From Oscillospiraceae bacterium (GTDB lineage Bacteria > Bacillota > Clostridia > Oscillospirales > CAG-272): DNA of 64,000 nt. Below are positions 53,508 to 63,100 of the stretch, in pieces (position 1 is the first letter of the stretch; each line of letters begins with the position of its first letter). The stretch spans positions 30,698-94,697 of the forward strand of contig SVQX01000001.1 of assembly GCA_015065065.1 (NCBI GenBank), read 5' to 3'. The notes beneath the pieces were generated by a model, which did no database searches, was not told where the DNA came from, and saw nothing but the letters and a program-made list of their open reading frames with translations. Both the position numbers and the translations under genes were made by a program.

Positions 53508-53736
53508 GGGAAATGGGGATCATCGGAGATGAAGCCATAGACCTAAGCTTGTCGGTAAAGCCGTCGCTTGCCATGTTTTGCATTGCTTCGGTAGTGTGCT
53601 ACACCATCCTGTGCGTCGTTGAACGCAAAAAATCTCCAAAAAGCAACGCATAAGGATTTTCGCTGTGGCGAAAATCAACCGAACCTTTCACTATTCGATT
53701 TTACTCCTTGCTTCTTGCAAACAACGAGGTAACAAA

Positions 53737-54702
53737 ATGCCAACAAACAAACCGAAAATCCTTGCCGTGGTCGGCTCGACGGCAAGCGGAAAGACTGCTC
53801 TTTCCATAGCCCTCGCCGAGGCGCTTGGCGGGGAGATAATATCCTGCGACTCCATGCAATTATACCGACGCATGAACATCGGCACTGCAAAGCCGACGGC
53901 AGAGGAAATGCGGGGTATCCCCCATCATCTCATAGACATAGCCGATCCTGCCGACGGAAAGACCGCGACGTATTCCTGCGCGGATTACGTCAAGGATGCA
54001 GGTGTCGCCGTATCTGACGTGCTTTCCCGCTCAAGACTCCCTATCTTCTGCGGCGGCACGGGGCTTTATCTTGATGCATTCATCCGCGGCGGCAGCTTTG
54101 AGGAAACGGTGACGGACGAAGCCTTGCGCGGTGAGCTTGCAGAATTTGCTCAAAGAAACGGCAACGAGGCTCTGCACGCTCGCTTGCGCGGGGTTGACGC
54201 AGAAAGCGCCGCCGCCATCCATCCCAACAACGTCAAAAGAGTCATACGGGCATTGGAAATATTCATGACAACGGGCAAGCCGAAGAGTCTGCTTGACCGT
54301 CAGTCGCGAGAGGCAGAATCCGAGTATGACTTTACTGTGATAGGTCTGAAATACAGCAGCCGCAGTACTCTTTATGACAGAATAGACAGACGTGTGGATC
54401 AGATGATTTCCGACGGGCTTGTCGAGGAAACGAAGCAGCTGCGCGCCCTCGGTGTATTCGACACGTGTCCCACCGCCGCGCAGGCGATAGGATATAAGGA
54501 GCTGTTTCCGCATCTTGACGGCAACGCAACTCTTGATGAGGCAGTAACCGAGCTGAAGGCAGCTACTCGCAGATACGCAAAGCGGCAGATAACGTGGTTC
54601 TCCGCACGTCCTTACGTCCAATGGATAGACGCTGACGACGGCGAAAGCATGCGAGAATTTGAAGATATTGTAAACAATGCAAAAAAACTCTTTCAAGAAT
54701 GA
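53737..54702 (+). CDS. miaA: tRNA dimethylallyltransferase
   Basis: Start trimmed to MPTNKPKILAVVGSTASGKT (P-loop) after gaggt. The CDSMQLYR block is present. Confidence 0.92.
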   Translation: MPTNKPKILAVVGSTASGKTALSIALAEALGGEIISCDSMQLYRRMNIGTAKPTAEEMRGIPHHLIDIADPADGKTATYSCADYVKDAGVAVSDVLSRSRLPIFCGGTGLYLDAFIRGGSFEETVTDEALRGELAEFAQRNGNEALHARLRGVDAESAAAIHPNNVKRVIRALEIFMTTGKPKSLLDRQSREAESEYDFTVIGLKYSSRSTLYDRIDRRVDQMISDGLVEETKQLRALGVFDTCPTAAQAIGYKELFPHLDGNATLDEAVTELKAATRRYAKRQITWFSARPYVQWIDADDGESMREFEDIVNNAKKLFQE

Positions 54703-54757
54703 ATAATATGTGATATAATATAAGGTAAGATTATTTTGGGCGCGCGGAGGGTATGAT

Positions 54758-56128
54758 ATGTTTTTGAAAGATAAATACCGCCGTGTACACAGAGCGGTAG
54801 TCAAGGCAGCGGACAAGGCGGTGGAAAGCGGCAACGGTCCGCGCAAAAACAAGGCTTTGAAGGTAGTCAAGCTGGCTTTCGTTCCGCTTATGGTCTGCCT
54901 TATTGCCTTTGCCGTTTATCAGGGTGCAAGGCACGTCACGGTCGGCATGAACACTCTGCGCACGCAGGAGATAACCGACACGTCCTACGTTTCCCTTGAG
55001 CTTCATATTTTCCGTGACGAGCATCTTATCCCCGCCGATACAGGTACGCTTATCAGATACGCTTCGGGCGACGGAGAAAAGCTGGGCGTGGGTGACATAA
55101 TCGGCGAGGTTTACTCCACTGCAGGACTTACCGCCGAGCAGCTTGCCGAGCGGCAGAAATTGCTCAATTCCTTTATTTCGCGACTGGAAACGTTGCAGGA
55201 GAGCGGAGTTGGAACGCTTGCGGATGCACAAAGCACGTCCGCGCAGATAGACAAAAGCTACACGGGACTTCTTGCCGCCGCAGAGGCGGGCAAAATGGAC
55301 GTGCTTGACGGATACGCCAAGGATATGCTGGAAAACATGGAAAAATACGCCGTGCTGACAGGCTCGGAGAGCAGTGCGGGAGTTACAAAGGAAATGCTTG
55401 AGAGCTCTGTTGCCGCGCTGCTTGCAGATGCCGCGCCCTCCCACCAGCTTGAGGTGGAGAGCGGTGGGTATTTCTATCGCGACGTCGACGGATACGAGGG
55501 TATATTCAATTACTCCTCCGCTATGACTATGACGGCAGACGAATTTCTCGCCATGAAAGAGCGGGTAAGAGCGGCGAGCGGCGGCACGGAGGGTTATTTC
55601 GGCAAGACGGTCACCTCCCCCGAGTGGTTCGCGGCGGCTTACGTTTCCTTTGCTGAGGCAGCAAGCTTCAAGATAGGCTCGGAATACGTTATGCAGATTT
55701 CAAGCAACGCATACAGCGAGATACGCATGGAGCTTGTACGCAACGTGCAGGACGACGACGGCGTTTTGCTGGTGTTCTCGTCAATGACAGTTCCCGCTGA
55801 GATAAATCTTAACCGCAGTATAAGCGTGCGCACCGTATCCGACAGTGTCAGCGGATATCGCGTTCCCGAATCCGCGCTCATAAAGCTTAAGGACGACGAG
55901 GGCTTGGAATACGACGCCGTTTACGTGCTTGAGGGCAACGTGGTGGAATGCCGCATAGTTTCCATCATCCGCGAATATAACGGCTATTGCATAGTAAAAA
56001 CCGAGGAGCAGGCAACGGCTGACGAGGAATTGCTCGGTGAAAACACGTCACCTTGGGATCGGCTTGCGCAAAACGATAAGATAATCACGTCTGGCAGCGG
56101 TCTTTACGAGGGCAAAATAGTAGGCTGA
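54758..56128 (+). CDS. HlyD-like membrane-anchored protein (coiled coil plus beta-barrel)
   Basis: 456 aa with RBS ggaggg, an N-terminal TM helix (LAFVPLMVCLIAFAVY), a central helical region and a C-terminal beta-rich part. The family call is tentative. Confidence 0.55.
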   Translation: MFLKDKYRRVHRAVVKAADKAVESGNGPRKNKALKVVKLAFVPLMVCLIAFAVYQGARHVTVGMNTLRTQEITDTSYVSLELHIFRDEHLIPADTGTLIRYASGDGEKLGVGDIIGEVYSTAGLTAEQLAERQKLLNSFISRLETLQESGVGTLADAQSTSAQIDKSYTGLLAAAEAGKMDVLDGYAKDMLENMEKYAVLTGSESSAGVTKEMLESSVAALLADAAPSHQLEVESGGYFYRDVDGYEGIFNYSSAMTMTADEFLAMKERVRAASGGTEGYFGKTVTSPEWFAAAYVSFAEAASFKIGSEYVMQISSNAYSEIRMELVRNVQDDDGVLLVFSSMTVPAEINLNRSISVRTVSDSVSGYRVPESALIKLKDDEGLEYDAVYVLEGNVVECRIVSIIREYNGYCIVKTEEQATADEELLGENTSPWDRLAQNDKIITSGSGLYEGKIVG

Positions 56129-56146
56129 CAAAGGACGGTTAATGCC

Positions 56147-56854
56147 ATGGATCACTCATATATTGACAAAAACCTTGAACGTATACGCGCGGATATCGCG
56201 GCGGCTTGCAATGATAGCGGCAGAGCAAATGACGTCACGATAGTGGCGGCAGTCAAGAGCGCGGATGAGGACGAGATAAACTACCTCCACCGACAGCTCG
56301 GTATTTGCGACGTGGGAGAAAACCGCGTTCAACAGCTGCTTGAGCATTACGCAACTATCGACCGCGAGGGGCTGAGGATACACTTTATCGGCACTCTGCA
56401 GACCAACAAGGTGAAATACATTGTTGATAAGGTTGCTATGATACAGTCCCTTGACAGCATGAAGCTGGCTCTGGAGATAAACAAACGCGCCGAGAGGATA
56501 GGCAAGGTCATGGACGTGCTTATCGAGATAAACTCTGGTGAGGAGGAAAACAAAAGCGGTATATCCCCATCAGACGCGGAACAGTTCGCGCTTGACCTCA
56601 CACCGCTCTCGAATATCCGCCTTTGCGGATTTATGACAATGGCTCCGCGTTGCTCCTCCGAGAAGGAATACACGGCATACTTTGAAAACACAAAGCGGCT
56701 GTGCGACAGAATATGGTACGATGTGCTTTGCCGCACGGATAAGCCTATACTTTCAATGGGCATGTCGGAAAGCCTGATACCTGCCATCAAGGCGGGAGCG
56801 ACAGTAATACGCCCCGGACGCAGCCTTTTCTCAAGGGGCGTTCAAAACGGATAA
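56147..56854 (+). CDS. yggS: YggS/YlmE-family pyridoxal-phosphate homeostasis protein
   Basis: 235 aa. The blocks VAAVKS (PLP lysine), GENRVQ and HFIGTLQTNKVK are present. Confidence 0.9.
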   Translation: MDHSYIDKNLERIRADIAAACNDSGRANDVTIVAAVKSADEDEINYLHRQLGICDVGENRVQQLLEHYATIDREGLRIHFIGTLQTNKVKYIVDKVAMIQSLDSMKLALEINKRAERIGKVMDVLIEINSGEEENKSGISPSDAEQFALDLTPLSNIRLCGFMTMAPRCSSEKEYTAYFENTKRLCDRIWYDVLCRTDKPILSMGMSESLIPAIKAGATVIRPGRSLFSRGVQNG

Positions 56855-56911
56855 GAAAGTTAAAATTTCAGTTGAAGCTGACCTATAATACAAAGAAAAG
56901 AGGACGACAAA

Positions 56912-57517
56912 ATGTTTAAGGATCTCATCAAAAAATTCAAGGTAAACGAAGAGCCCGAGGAGCTTGACACGGGCTACGACAGCGACTACTACGGCGGAAC
57001 ATACGCAGGCGACCGCGACGAGCGTGACGACCGCGCAGGTGACGCAAGAGTATACGGCGAGGACTCCGCTGCCGAACAGTACGCCCCCCGTTCCTACGAC
57101 GAAAGATACGACAACGACCGCGAGCCCGGCGAGGCTACCCGCGTTTATACCCCCCGCTCCGCTCAGGGCACTTACCGCCGCCCCGAGAACCGCGGAACTC
57201 TGTACTTCACCCCCGAAAGCTATGAGGAGGTGCGCGCACAGATCGTTACGGGACTTGTGGAAAGCCACGTTGTAGTCGTAAACGTGCGTTACCTCGAGCG
57301 CGGCGACCTGCTCCGTCTGTTTGACTACGTTATGGGCGCGGCTCATGCGCTGGAGGCGGATATGTCCCGCCTTGACGGACGCAATATCCTTCTCTGCCCC
57401 AAGGGCGTTGAGATCGACACCGAGGAACTGGTTTTGGCTGACGACGAGGACGGTATTGACGAGGAGGAGATGTACTCCGAGGACGACGGCGAGGACGACG
57501 ACATTTACGAGCTGTAA
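56912..57517 (+). CDS. sepF: cell division protein SepF
   Basis: N-terminal amphipathic MFKDLIKKFK, a long disordered linker and the conserved core VVVVNVRYLERGDLLRLFDYVMGAAHAL. It ends in an acidic C-terminal tail. Confidence 0.88.
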   Translation: MFKDLIKKFKVNEEPEELDTGYDSDYYGGTYAGDRDERDDRAGDARVYGEDSAAEQYAPRSYDERYDNDREPGEATRVYTPRSAQGTYRRPENRGTLYFTPESYEEVRAQIVTGLVESHVVVVNVRYLERGDLLRLFDYVMGAAHALEADMSRLDGRNILLCPKGVEIDTEELVLADDEDGIDEEEMYSEDDGEDDDIYEL

Positions 57518-57546
57518 TTTTTAATAAGCTGTAAAGGAGAATTACC

Positions 57547-57831
57547 TTGTCGGAAGGTTTATACATTCTTGTCAGCTTCGTCGTGGTGTTTCTGGACGCC
57601 GCACTTATCGCGTTTTTCGCGCGTATGATAGTGTCCTTTTTCACCATGGGAGGCGAGAGCAAGCTATACCTCATTCTTTACTATTTCACCGAGCCGCTGG
57701 TGACACCCATCCGCGTGCTGTGTGAGAAATTCGGATGGTTTGAAGGCGTGCCCCTTGACATTCCGTTTTTCATCACGTCGCTGATACTGTCACTGTCCAC
57801 CACGGTACTGTCAGGCATGGTGGCGGCATGA
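57547..57831 (+). CDS. yggT: YggT-family membrane protein
   Basis: 94 aa with a TTG start after aaaggaga. The block YYFTEPLVTPIR is present, along with two or three TM helices. Confidence 0.8.
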   Translation: MSEGLYILVSFVVVFLDAALIAFFARMIVSFFTMGGESKLYLILYYFTEPLVTPIRVLCEKFGWFEGVPLDIPFFITSLILSLSTTVLSGMVAA

Positions 57832-58637
57832 CGGGCTTGGAGAAGGATCTGCTTTTTTCAAGGCTTGATGACAATATTAAAAGCTCGGAGCGGGGAGAGA
57901 TAGCATATACCGCATTCCTCTCCCCCGCCGACCTGCGCACGGCTGAGGAATACCTTTTGCGGTGCGGCAGGCGCGGGCTGTTCTTCACCTTCGGCGGATT
58001 TGCCGAGGCGGAGCGCGCTCGCGTGTTTATGATACCCGAATATATGTACGGCGTGTGCGACGGGGAGGACTTTCCCCGCCGTTGCCAATTTGACGAGCTG
58101 ACACAAACGCTTGCCTACGCCGTAACCGTCGTCGAGATACGCGGCTCGGGATACCGACAGCTTTCTCACCGCGACTATCTCGGCTCCATCCTCGCACTCG
58201 GAGTTGAGCGTGACGCCGTGGGCGACATAGCCGTCACGGGCAATTTCAGCGCAGTTGCAGTAACCTCACAGCGAATGGCGGAATTTTTGTCCGACGAGCT
58301 GAAGGGAGTGGCGTCGGATGCGGTAAAGCTCCGCATACTGCCGCAGGACGAGCGTATTTCGGTCACACGCGAAATACGGGCAATAAGCGACACCGTCGCA
58401 TCTGGGCGTCTGGACTGCATAATATCCGCGCTGACGGGCATGTCCCGTGAATCGGCGCAAAACGCAATTAAAGCGGGACTTGCCGAGGTAGATCACCGCA
58501 CGGCTACCGCCCCCGACCTCCGGCTTTGCCCTCCTGCTACTATAACGGTACGCGGATACGGAAAATATATTCTCTACGAATTTTCGGGAGAGACCAAAAA
58601 GGGACGTCTGCGCATCAGCGCCGGAAAATACGTATGA
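57828..58637 (+). CDS. ylmH: YlmH-like S4-domain RNA-binding protein
   Basis: 269 aa. The start overlaps the yggT stop as ATGA. It has a C-terminal S4 motif (GRLDCIISALTGMSRESAQNAIKAGLAEVD). Confidence 0.8.
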   Translation: MTGLEKDLLFSRLDDNIKSSERGEIAYTAFLSPADLRTAEEYLLRCGRRGLFFTFGGFAEAERARVFMIPEYMYGVCDGEDFPRRCQFDELTQTLAYAVTVVEIRGSGYRQLSHRDYLGSILALGVERDAVGDIAVTGNFSAVAVTSQRMAEFLSDELKGVASDAVKLRILPQDERISVTREIRAISDTVASGRLDCIISALTGMSRESAQNAIKAGLAEVDHRTATAPDLRLCPPATITVRGYGKYILYEFSGETKKGRLRISAGKYV

Positions 58638-58702
58638 CACTTTGAAAATTATTTTAGTTTAAAATAAAATCTACACATATTTTAAGGAGCAACCGAAATC
58701 TT

Positions 58703-61525
58703 ATGGCAAAAGACTACACAAAATCGCTCAACCTGCCCTCCACGGAATTTTCAATGAGGGCAAATCTGCCGCAAAAGGAGCCGCAGACACTCGCATATTG
58801 GGACGATATGGACCTGTACAACGCTATGCTTGACAACAGCGCTGACAAGCCCTCCTTCATTCTGCACGACGGACCTCCCTTCTCCAACGGTAATATCCAC
58901 ATGGGTACTGCCATGAACAAGGTCATTAAGGACATAATCAACAAATCCAAGGCTATGAGCGGATATCGCGTTCCCTTTACCCCCGGCTGGGATAACCACG
59001 GTATGCCTATCGAGTCGGCTATCATCAAAAAGAACAAGCTGGACAGAAAGAAAATGTCCATTCCCGAATTCCGCTCTGCGTGCTACGCCTTCGCTGAAAA
59101 ATACGTTGACGTACAGCGCGAGCAGTTCGTGCGCCTCGGCGTGCTTGCCGATTGGAAAAAGCCCTACCTTACCATGTCCCCCTCCTTTGAGGCACGTGAG
59201 GTAAAGGTATTCGGCGAGATGTATAAGAAGGGCTATATTTACAAGGGACTCAAGCCCGTTTATTGGTGCTCGAGATGTGAGACCGCGCTTGCCGAGGCAG
59301 AGATCGAGTATCAGACCGACCCCTGCACCTCTATCTACGTCAAGTTCAACGTAACCGAGGACAACGGCAAGCTGTCGGCATACACCGACCTCTCTAAGAC
59401 CTATTTCATTATCTGGACCACCACCACGTGGACGCTCCCCGGCAACCTTGCTATCGCGCTCAATCCCGCAGAGGATTATGTGCTTGTAAAGGCCGACGAC
59501 GGAAATACCTATATTGTGGCAGGCGCACTTTGCGAAAAGACCATGAAGGCGGGCGGCATTGAAAGCTATGAGATCGTGGCTACTCTCAAGGGACAGGATT
59601 TCGAGTTTATGAAGGCACAGCACCCCTTCCTTGACAGACAGAGCGTTCTGCTTATGGCTGATTACGTTACTATGGATTCGGGTACGGGTTGCGTTCATAC
59701 CGCTCCCGGCTTCGGTGCAGACGACTATCAGACCTGCAAGAGATATAACATTGACATCGTAGTTCCCGTTGATGACCGCGGCTTCCAGACCGAGGACGCA
59801 GGCAAGTTTGCGGGCATGCACTACTCCGCCTCCAACGAGGCGATCCTTGCCGACCTTGCCGAAACAGGCGCACTGTTTGCGTCCGAGAGCATCTCCCACG
59901 AGTATCCTCACTGCTGGAGATGCAAGAGCCCCATCATTTTCCGCGCAACTCCTCAGTGGTTCTGCTCTGTTGAGTCCTTCAAGGAGGAGGCTGTTAAGGC
60001 TTGCAAGGAAGTAAACTGGGTTCCCGCTTGGGGCGAGGAGCGAATCAGCCAGATGGTGCGCGAGAGAGCTGATTGGTGTATCTCCCGCCAGCGCCATTGG
60101 GGTCTTCCCATTCCCGTATTCTACTGCGAGGACTGCTCAAAGCCCGTATGCACTCCCGAAACCATTGAGAAGGTTTCCGAAATGTTCGGCACACACGGCT
60201 CTAACTGCTGGTTTGAGATGGATGCCTCCGCCCTGCTTCCCGAGGGCTTTGCCTGCCCCGAATGCGGCGGCAAGAGCTTTACAAAGGAAACCAACACGCT
60301 TGACGGTTGGTTTGACTCCGGCTCATCCCACTTCGCAGTTCTTGAGGACAGCGATATTCCCGGTACCAAGTGGCCTGCGGATATGTACCTTGAGGGCGGC
60401 GACCAATACCGCGGATGGTTCCAGTCCTCACTGCTCACCGCTGTTGGCGCAAAGGGACAGGGCGCTCCTTACCGCGAGGTGCTTACTCACGGTTGGGTAG
60501 TCGACGGCGAGGGACGCGCAATGCACAAATCTCTCGGCAACGGCGTTGACCCCTTGGATATGGTCAAGAAGTACGGCGCAGACCTTGTTCGTCTTTGGGT
60601 AGCCTCCGCTGACTATCACGTTGACGTGCGCTGTTCGGATGCTATCTTCCGTCAGCTCTCCGAAATTTACAGAAAGGTGCGCAACACCGCTCGAATCCTG
60701 CTTGCAAATATCGGAGATTTCAACCCCAATACCGACTCCGTTCCCTTCGACGAGCTTCACGACATTGACAAGTGGGTGCTTTCTCACCTGAACAACCTCG
60801 TCAAGACCTGCCGCAAGGGTTACAACGAATACGAATTCCATATCGTTTACCACGCTATCAACAATTTCTGCACAAACGACCTCTCCAAGCTGTACGTTGA
60901 TATTACCAAGGACCGCGTTTACACCGAGCGCGCCGATTCAAAGGAAAGACGCTGCGCACAGACTGCTATGTATACCGTAGCATCCGCACTCACCCGTCTG
61001 CTCGCGCCCGTCCTTGCATTCACCGCAGAGGAGATCTGGCAGACCATGCCTCACCTCGACAGCGAGAATGCAAAGAGCGTGTTCCTCAACGATATGCCCG
61101 ATTATAATGCAAGCCTTGAGTTCGCCGATGTTACTGTGCCTCTCGACAAGCTCTTCGAGCTGCGCGACGACGTTATGAAGGCGCTTGAAATTGCCCGCGC
61201 TGACAAGATGATCGGTAAATCTCTTGACGCAAAGGTAACGGTATATACGAAGGACGCAGAACAGCTCGCTCTGCTTAACACCTTTGGCGATCAGCTCGCG
61301 CTGTTCTTTATCACCTCCGCGGCTGACGTTGTAAACGGTGACGCACCCAAGGGCACGTTTACCGAAACCGTATCGGGTATCGGTGTAGCCGTCGCTCCCA
61401 TGGACGGACGCAAGTGCGACCGCTGCTGGATGCTTGTCACCGACGGAATCATTATGCCTGCAGACGAGGACGGCGAGGAATCCTGCCTCTGCCCACGCTG
61501 CCACAGAATTATTACAAGTCTTTAA
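58703..61525 (+). CDS. ileS: isoleucine--tRNA ligase
   Basis: 940 aa with a HIGH-type motif (PFSNGNIHMGT), KMSKS as AMHKSLGN, and a C-terminal Zn ribbon (CDRCW...CPRC). Confidence 0.95.
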   Translation: MAKDYTKSLNLPSTEFSMRANLPQKEPQTLAYWDDMDLYNAMLDNSADKPSFILHDGPPFSNGNIHMGTAMNKVIKDIINKSKAMSGYRVPFTPGWDNHGMPIESAIIKKNKLDRKKMSIPEFRSACYAFAEKYVDVQREQFVRLGVLADWKKPYLTMSPSFEAREVKVFGEMYKKGYIYKGLKPVYWCSRCETALAEAEIEYQTDPCTSIYVKFNVTEDNGKLSAYTDLSKTYFIIWTTTTWTLPGNLAIALNPAEDYVLVKADDGNTYIVAGALCEKTMKAGGIESYEIVATLKGQDFEFMKAQHPFLDRQSVLLMADYVTMDSGTGCVHTAPGFGADDYQTCKRYNIDIVVPVDDRGFQTEDAGKFAGMHYSASNEAILADLAETGALFASESISHEYPHCWRCKSPIIFRATPQWFCSVESFKEEAVKACKEVNWVPAWGEERISQMVRERADWCISRQRHWGLPIPVFYCEDCSKPVCTPETIEKVSEMFGTHGSNCWFEMDASALLPEGFACPECGGKSFTKETNTLDGWFDSGSSHFAVLEDSDIPGTKWPADMYLEGGDQYRGWFQSSLLTAVGAKGQGAPYREVLTHGWVVDGEGRAMHKSLGNGVDPLDMVKKYGADLVRLWVASADYHVDVRCSDAIFRQLSEIYRKVRNTARILLANIGDFNPNTDSVPFDELHDIDKWVLSHLNNLVKTCRKGYNEYEFHIVYHAINNFCTNDLSKLYVDITKDRVYTERADSKERRCAQTAMYTVASALTRLLAPVLAFTAEEIWQTMPHLDSENAKSVFLNDMPDYNASLEFADVTVPLDKLFELRDDVMKALEIARADKMIGKSLDAKVTVYTKDAEQLALLNTFGDQLALFFITSAADVVNGDAPKGTFTETVSGIGVAVAPMDGRKCDRCWMLVTDGIIMPADEDGEESCLCPRCHRIITSL

Positions 61526-61549
61526 TCTAACGCTGTAAAGGGGTTCTCT

Positions 61550-62077
61550 ATGTTTCTCTGGCTTATTGTGATCGCACTTTGCGTGTTCGCAGATCAACTA
61601 ACTAAATATATTGCTGTGATGTTTCTGCGTCCCGTAGACACCGTGCCGATCATCAAAGACGTTCTTCATCTAACCTACGTGGAGAACCCCGGCGCCGCCT
61701 TTGGAATGCTAAAGGATAACCGCTGGATATTTATGATAATATCCGTCGTTGCTATTGCTGCTATGCTTGTATATCTTGTTCGCCGCACCTCGACGAGCAA
61801 GCTGGAGGGCTTTGCAATATCGCTTATCGTCAGCGGCGGTATCGGTAACATGATAGATCGAGTGTTTCTTGAATACGTTGTGGATTTCGTTGATTTCAGA
61901 CTCATAAATTTCGCTGTATTCAACGTAGCCGACAGCTTTATATGCATCGGCGCAGGACTTCTTATACTGCACGTTATCCTTTTGACCGTGGAGGAATCCA
62001 AGGCGGAAAAAGCAAGAAAAGCCGCTCTCGCGGCGGATGCCGACGGAGATGAAAATGATGATGATACCCTGCAGTGA
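61550..62077 (+). CDS. lspA: lipoprotein signal peptidase II
   Basis: 175 aa with blocks YVENPGAAFG, GGIGNMIDR and FNVADS, and a C-terminal acidic extension. Confidence 0.9.
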   Translation: MFLWLIVIALCVFADQLTKYIAVMFLRPVDTVPIIKDVLHLTYVENPGAAFGMLKDNRWIFMIISVVAIAAMLVYLVRRTSTSKLEGFAISLIVSGGIGNMIDRVFLEYVVDFVDFRLINFAVFNVADSFICIGAGLLILHVILLTVEESKAEKARKAALAADADGDENDDDTLQ

Positions 62078-63098
62078 TCTTGATCTCGGCTTCGGCGCGG
62101 AGGAGCTTGATGTAGCTGAGCGCACAGAGCTTTTGGTGAATGCATCCGACGCGGGCGAGAGGCTGGACAGCTATCTTGCAAAATATGCAGGACTTACCCG
62201 CTCAAACGCCGCAAGGCTGATTGAGGACGGCATGGTTACAGTTTCGCTTCTCTCAGGCAGACCATCTAAAAATACTCGTCTGCGCGGCGGAGAAAAGATA
62301 CTGATAAAATATCCTCTGCCGCAGGACTGCGATCTTCGGGCGGAGGATATTTCGCTTGATATTGTATACGAGGATAAGGATATTCTCGTTGTCAACAAGC
62401 CCGTGGGAATGGTAGTTCATCCAGCCCCCGGCAACTATTCGGGCACGCTTTGCAACGCTCTTCTCTATCACTGCGCAGACAGCCTATCGGGAATTGGCGG
62501 TGTTAAGCGACCGGGTATCGTGCACCGCATTGACAAGGATACGAGCGGACTTTTGGTAGTCGCTAAAAACGACGCGGCGCATCTGTCGCTTGCCGAACAG
62601 CTCAAAACGCACACAGTTTCCCGAATATATCACGCGATATGTATTGGAAATATCCGCGAGGACGGAGGCACGGTGAATAAGCCTATCGGCAGAAATCCGT
62701 CCGACAGAAAGAAAATGGCGGTGTTTGCAAGCGGTACGGCGTCCGATTCGGTGCGTGAGGCGATCACTCATTTTGAGGTACTTGAACGCTTTGGCACGGG
62801 GGCTGTCCTCGGTCAGAGCTTTACCCATATAAAATGCATGCTTGAAACAGGGAGAACGCACCAGATCCGCGTTCATATGGCGTCCTGCGGCCATTCCCTG
62901 CTCGGCGACAGCGTTTACGGCGGCGACGGAACTAAATTCCAAAAGCTGCACCGCGACCTGATCCCCGGTCAGATACTGCACGCCAAGGAGCTGTCGCTCA
63001 TTCATCCCGCGACGAGAAAATGCATGCACTTCGAATGTGATCTGCCGCAGAATTTTGAGCGATTGCTTGAGCTTTTGCGCGCGGCGGCAGAGGTGTAA
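62055..63098 (+). CDS. rluD: RluA-family 23S rRNA pseudouridine synthase (RluD-like)
   Basis: It has an S4 domain (RLDSYLAKYAGLTRSNAARLIEDG) and the catalytic block HRIDKDTSGLLVVAKN. The start is ambiguous among ATGs at 62037-62061; 62055 lies 5 nt after ggaga. Confidence 0.88.
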   Translation: MMMIPCSDLDLGFGAEELDVAERTELLVNASDAGERLDSYLAKYAGLTRSNAARLIEDGMVTVSLLSGRPSKNTRLRGGEKILIKYPLPQDCDLRAEDISLDIVYEDKDILVVNKPVGMVVHPAPGNYSGTLCNALLYHCADSLSGIGGVKRPGIVHRIDKDTSGLLVVAKNDAAHLSLAEQLKTHTVSRIYHAICIGNIREDGGTVNKPIGRNPSDRKKMAVFASGTASDSVREAITHFEVLERFGTGAVLGQSFTHIKCMLETGRTHQIRVHMASCGHSLLGDSVYGGDGTKFQKLHRDLIPGQILHAKELSLIHPATRKCMHFECDLPQNFERLLELLRAAAEV

Positions 63099-63100
63099 GC

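Noticed and set aside
58751-60097. 448-aa minus-strand ORF
   Set aside because: It is antisense to ileS.
58638-62000. T-box leader upstream of ileS, and lysine riboswitches upstream of aspartokinase (42412..42605) and dapA (51866..51990)
   Set aside because: The ileS spacer is only 65 nt. The aspartokinase leader from its promoter is about 55 nt. I could not find the conserved L-box or T-box cores by eye in any of the three regions. This remains unverified without a covariance-model scan.
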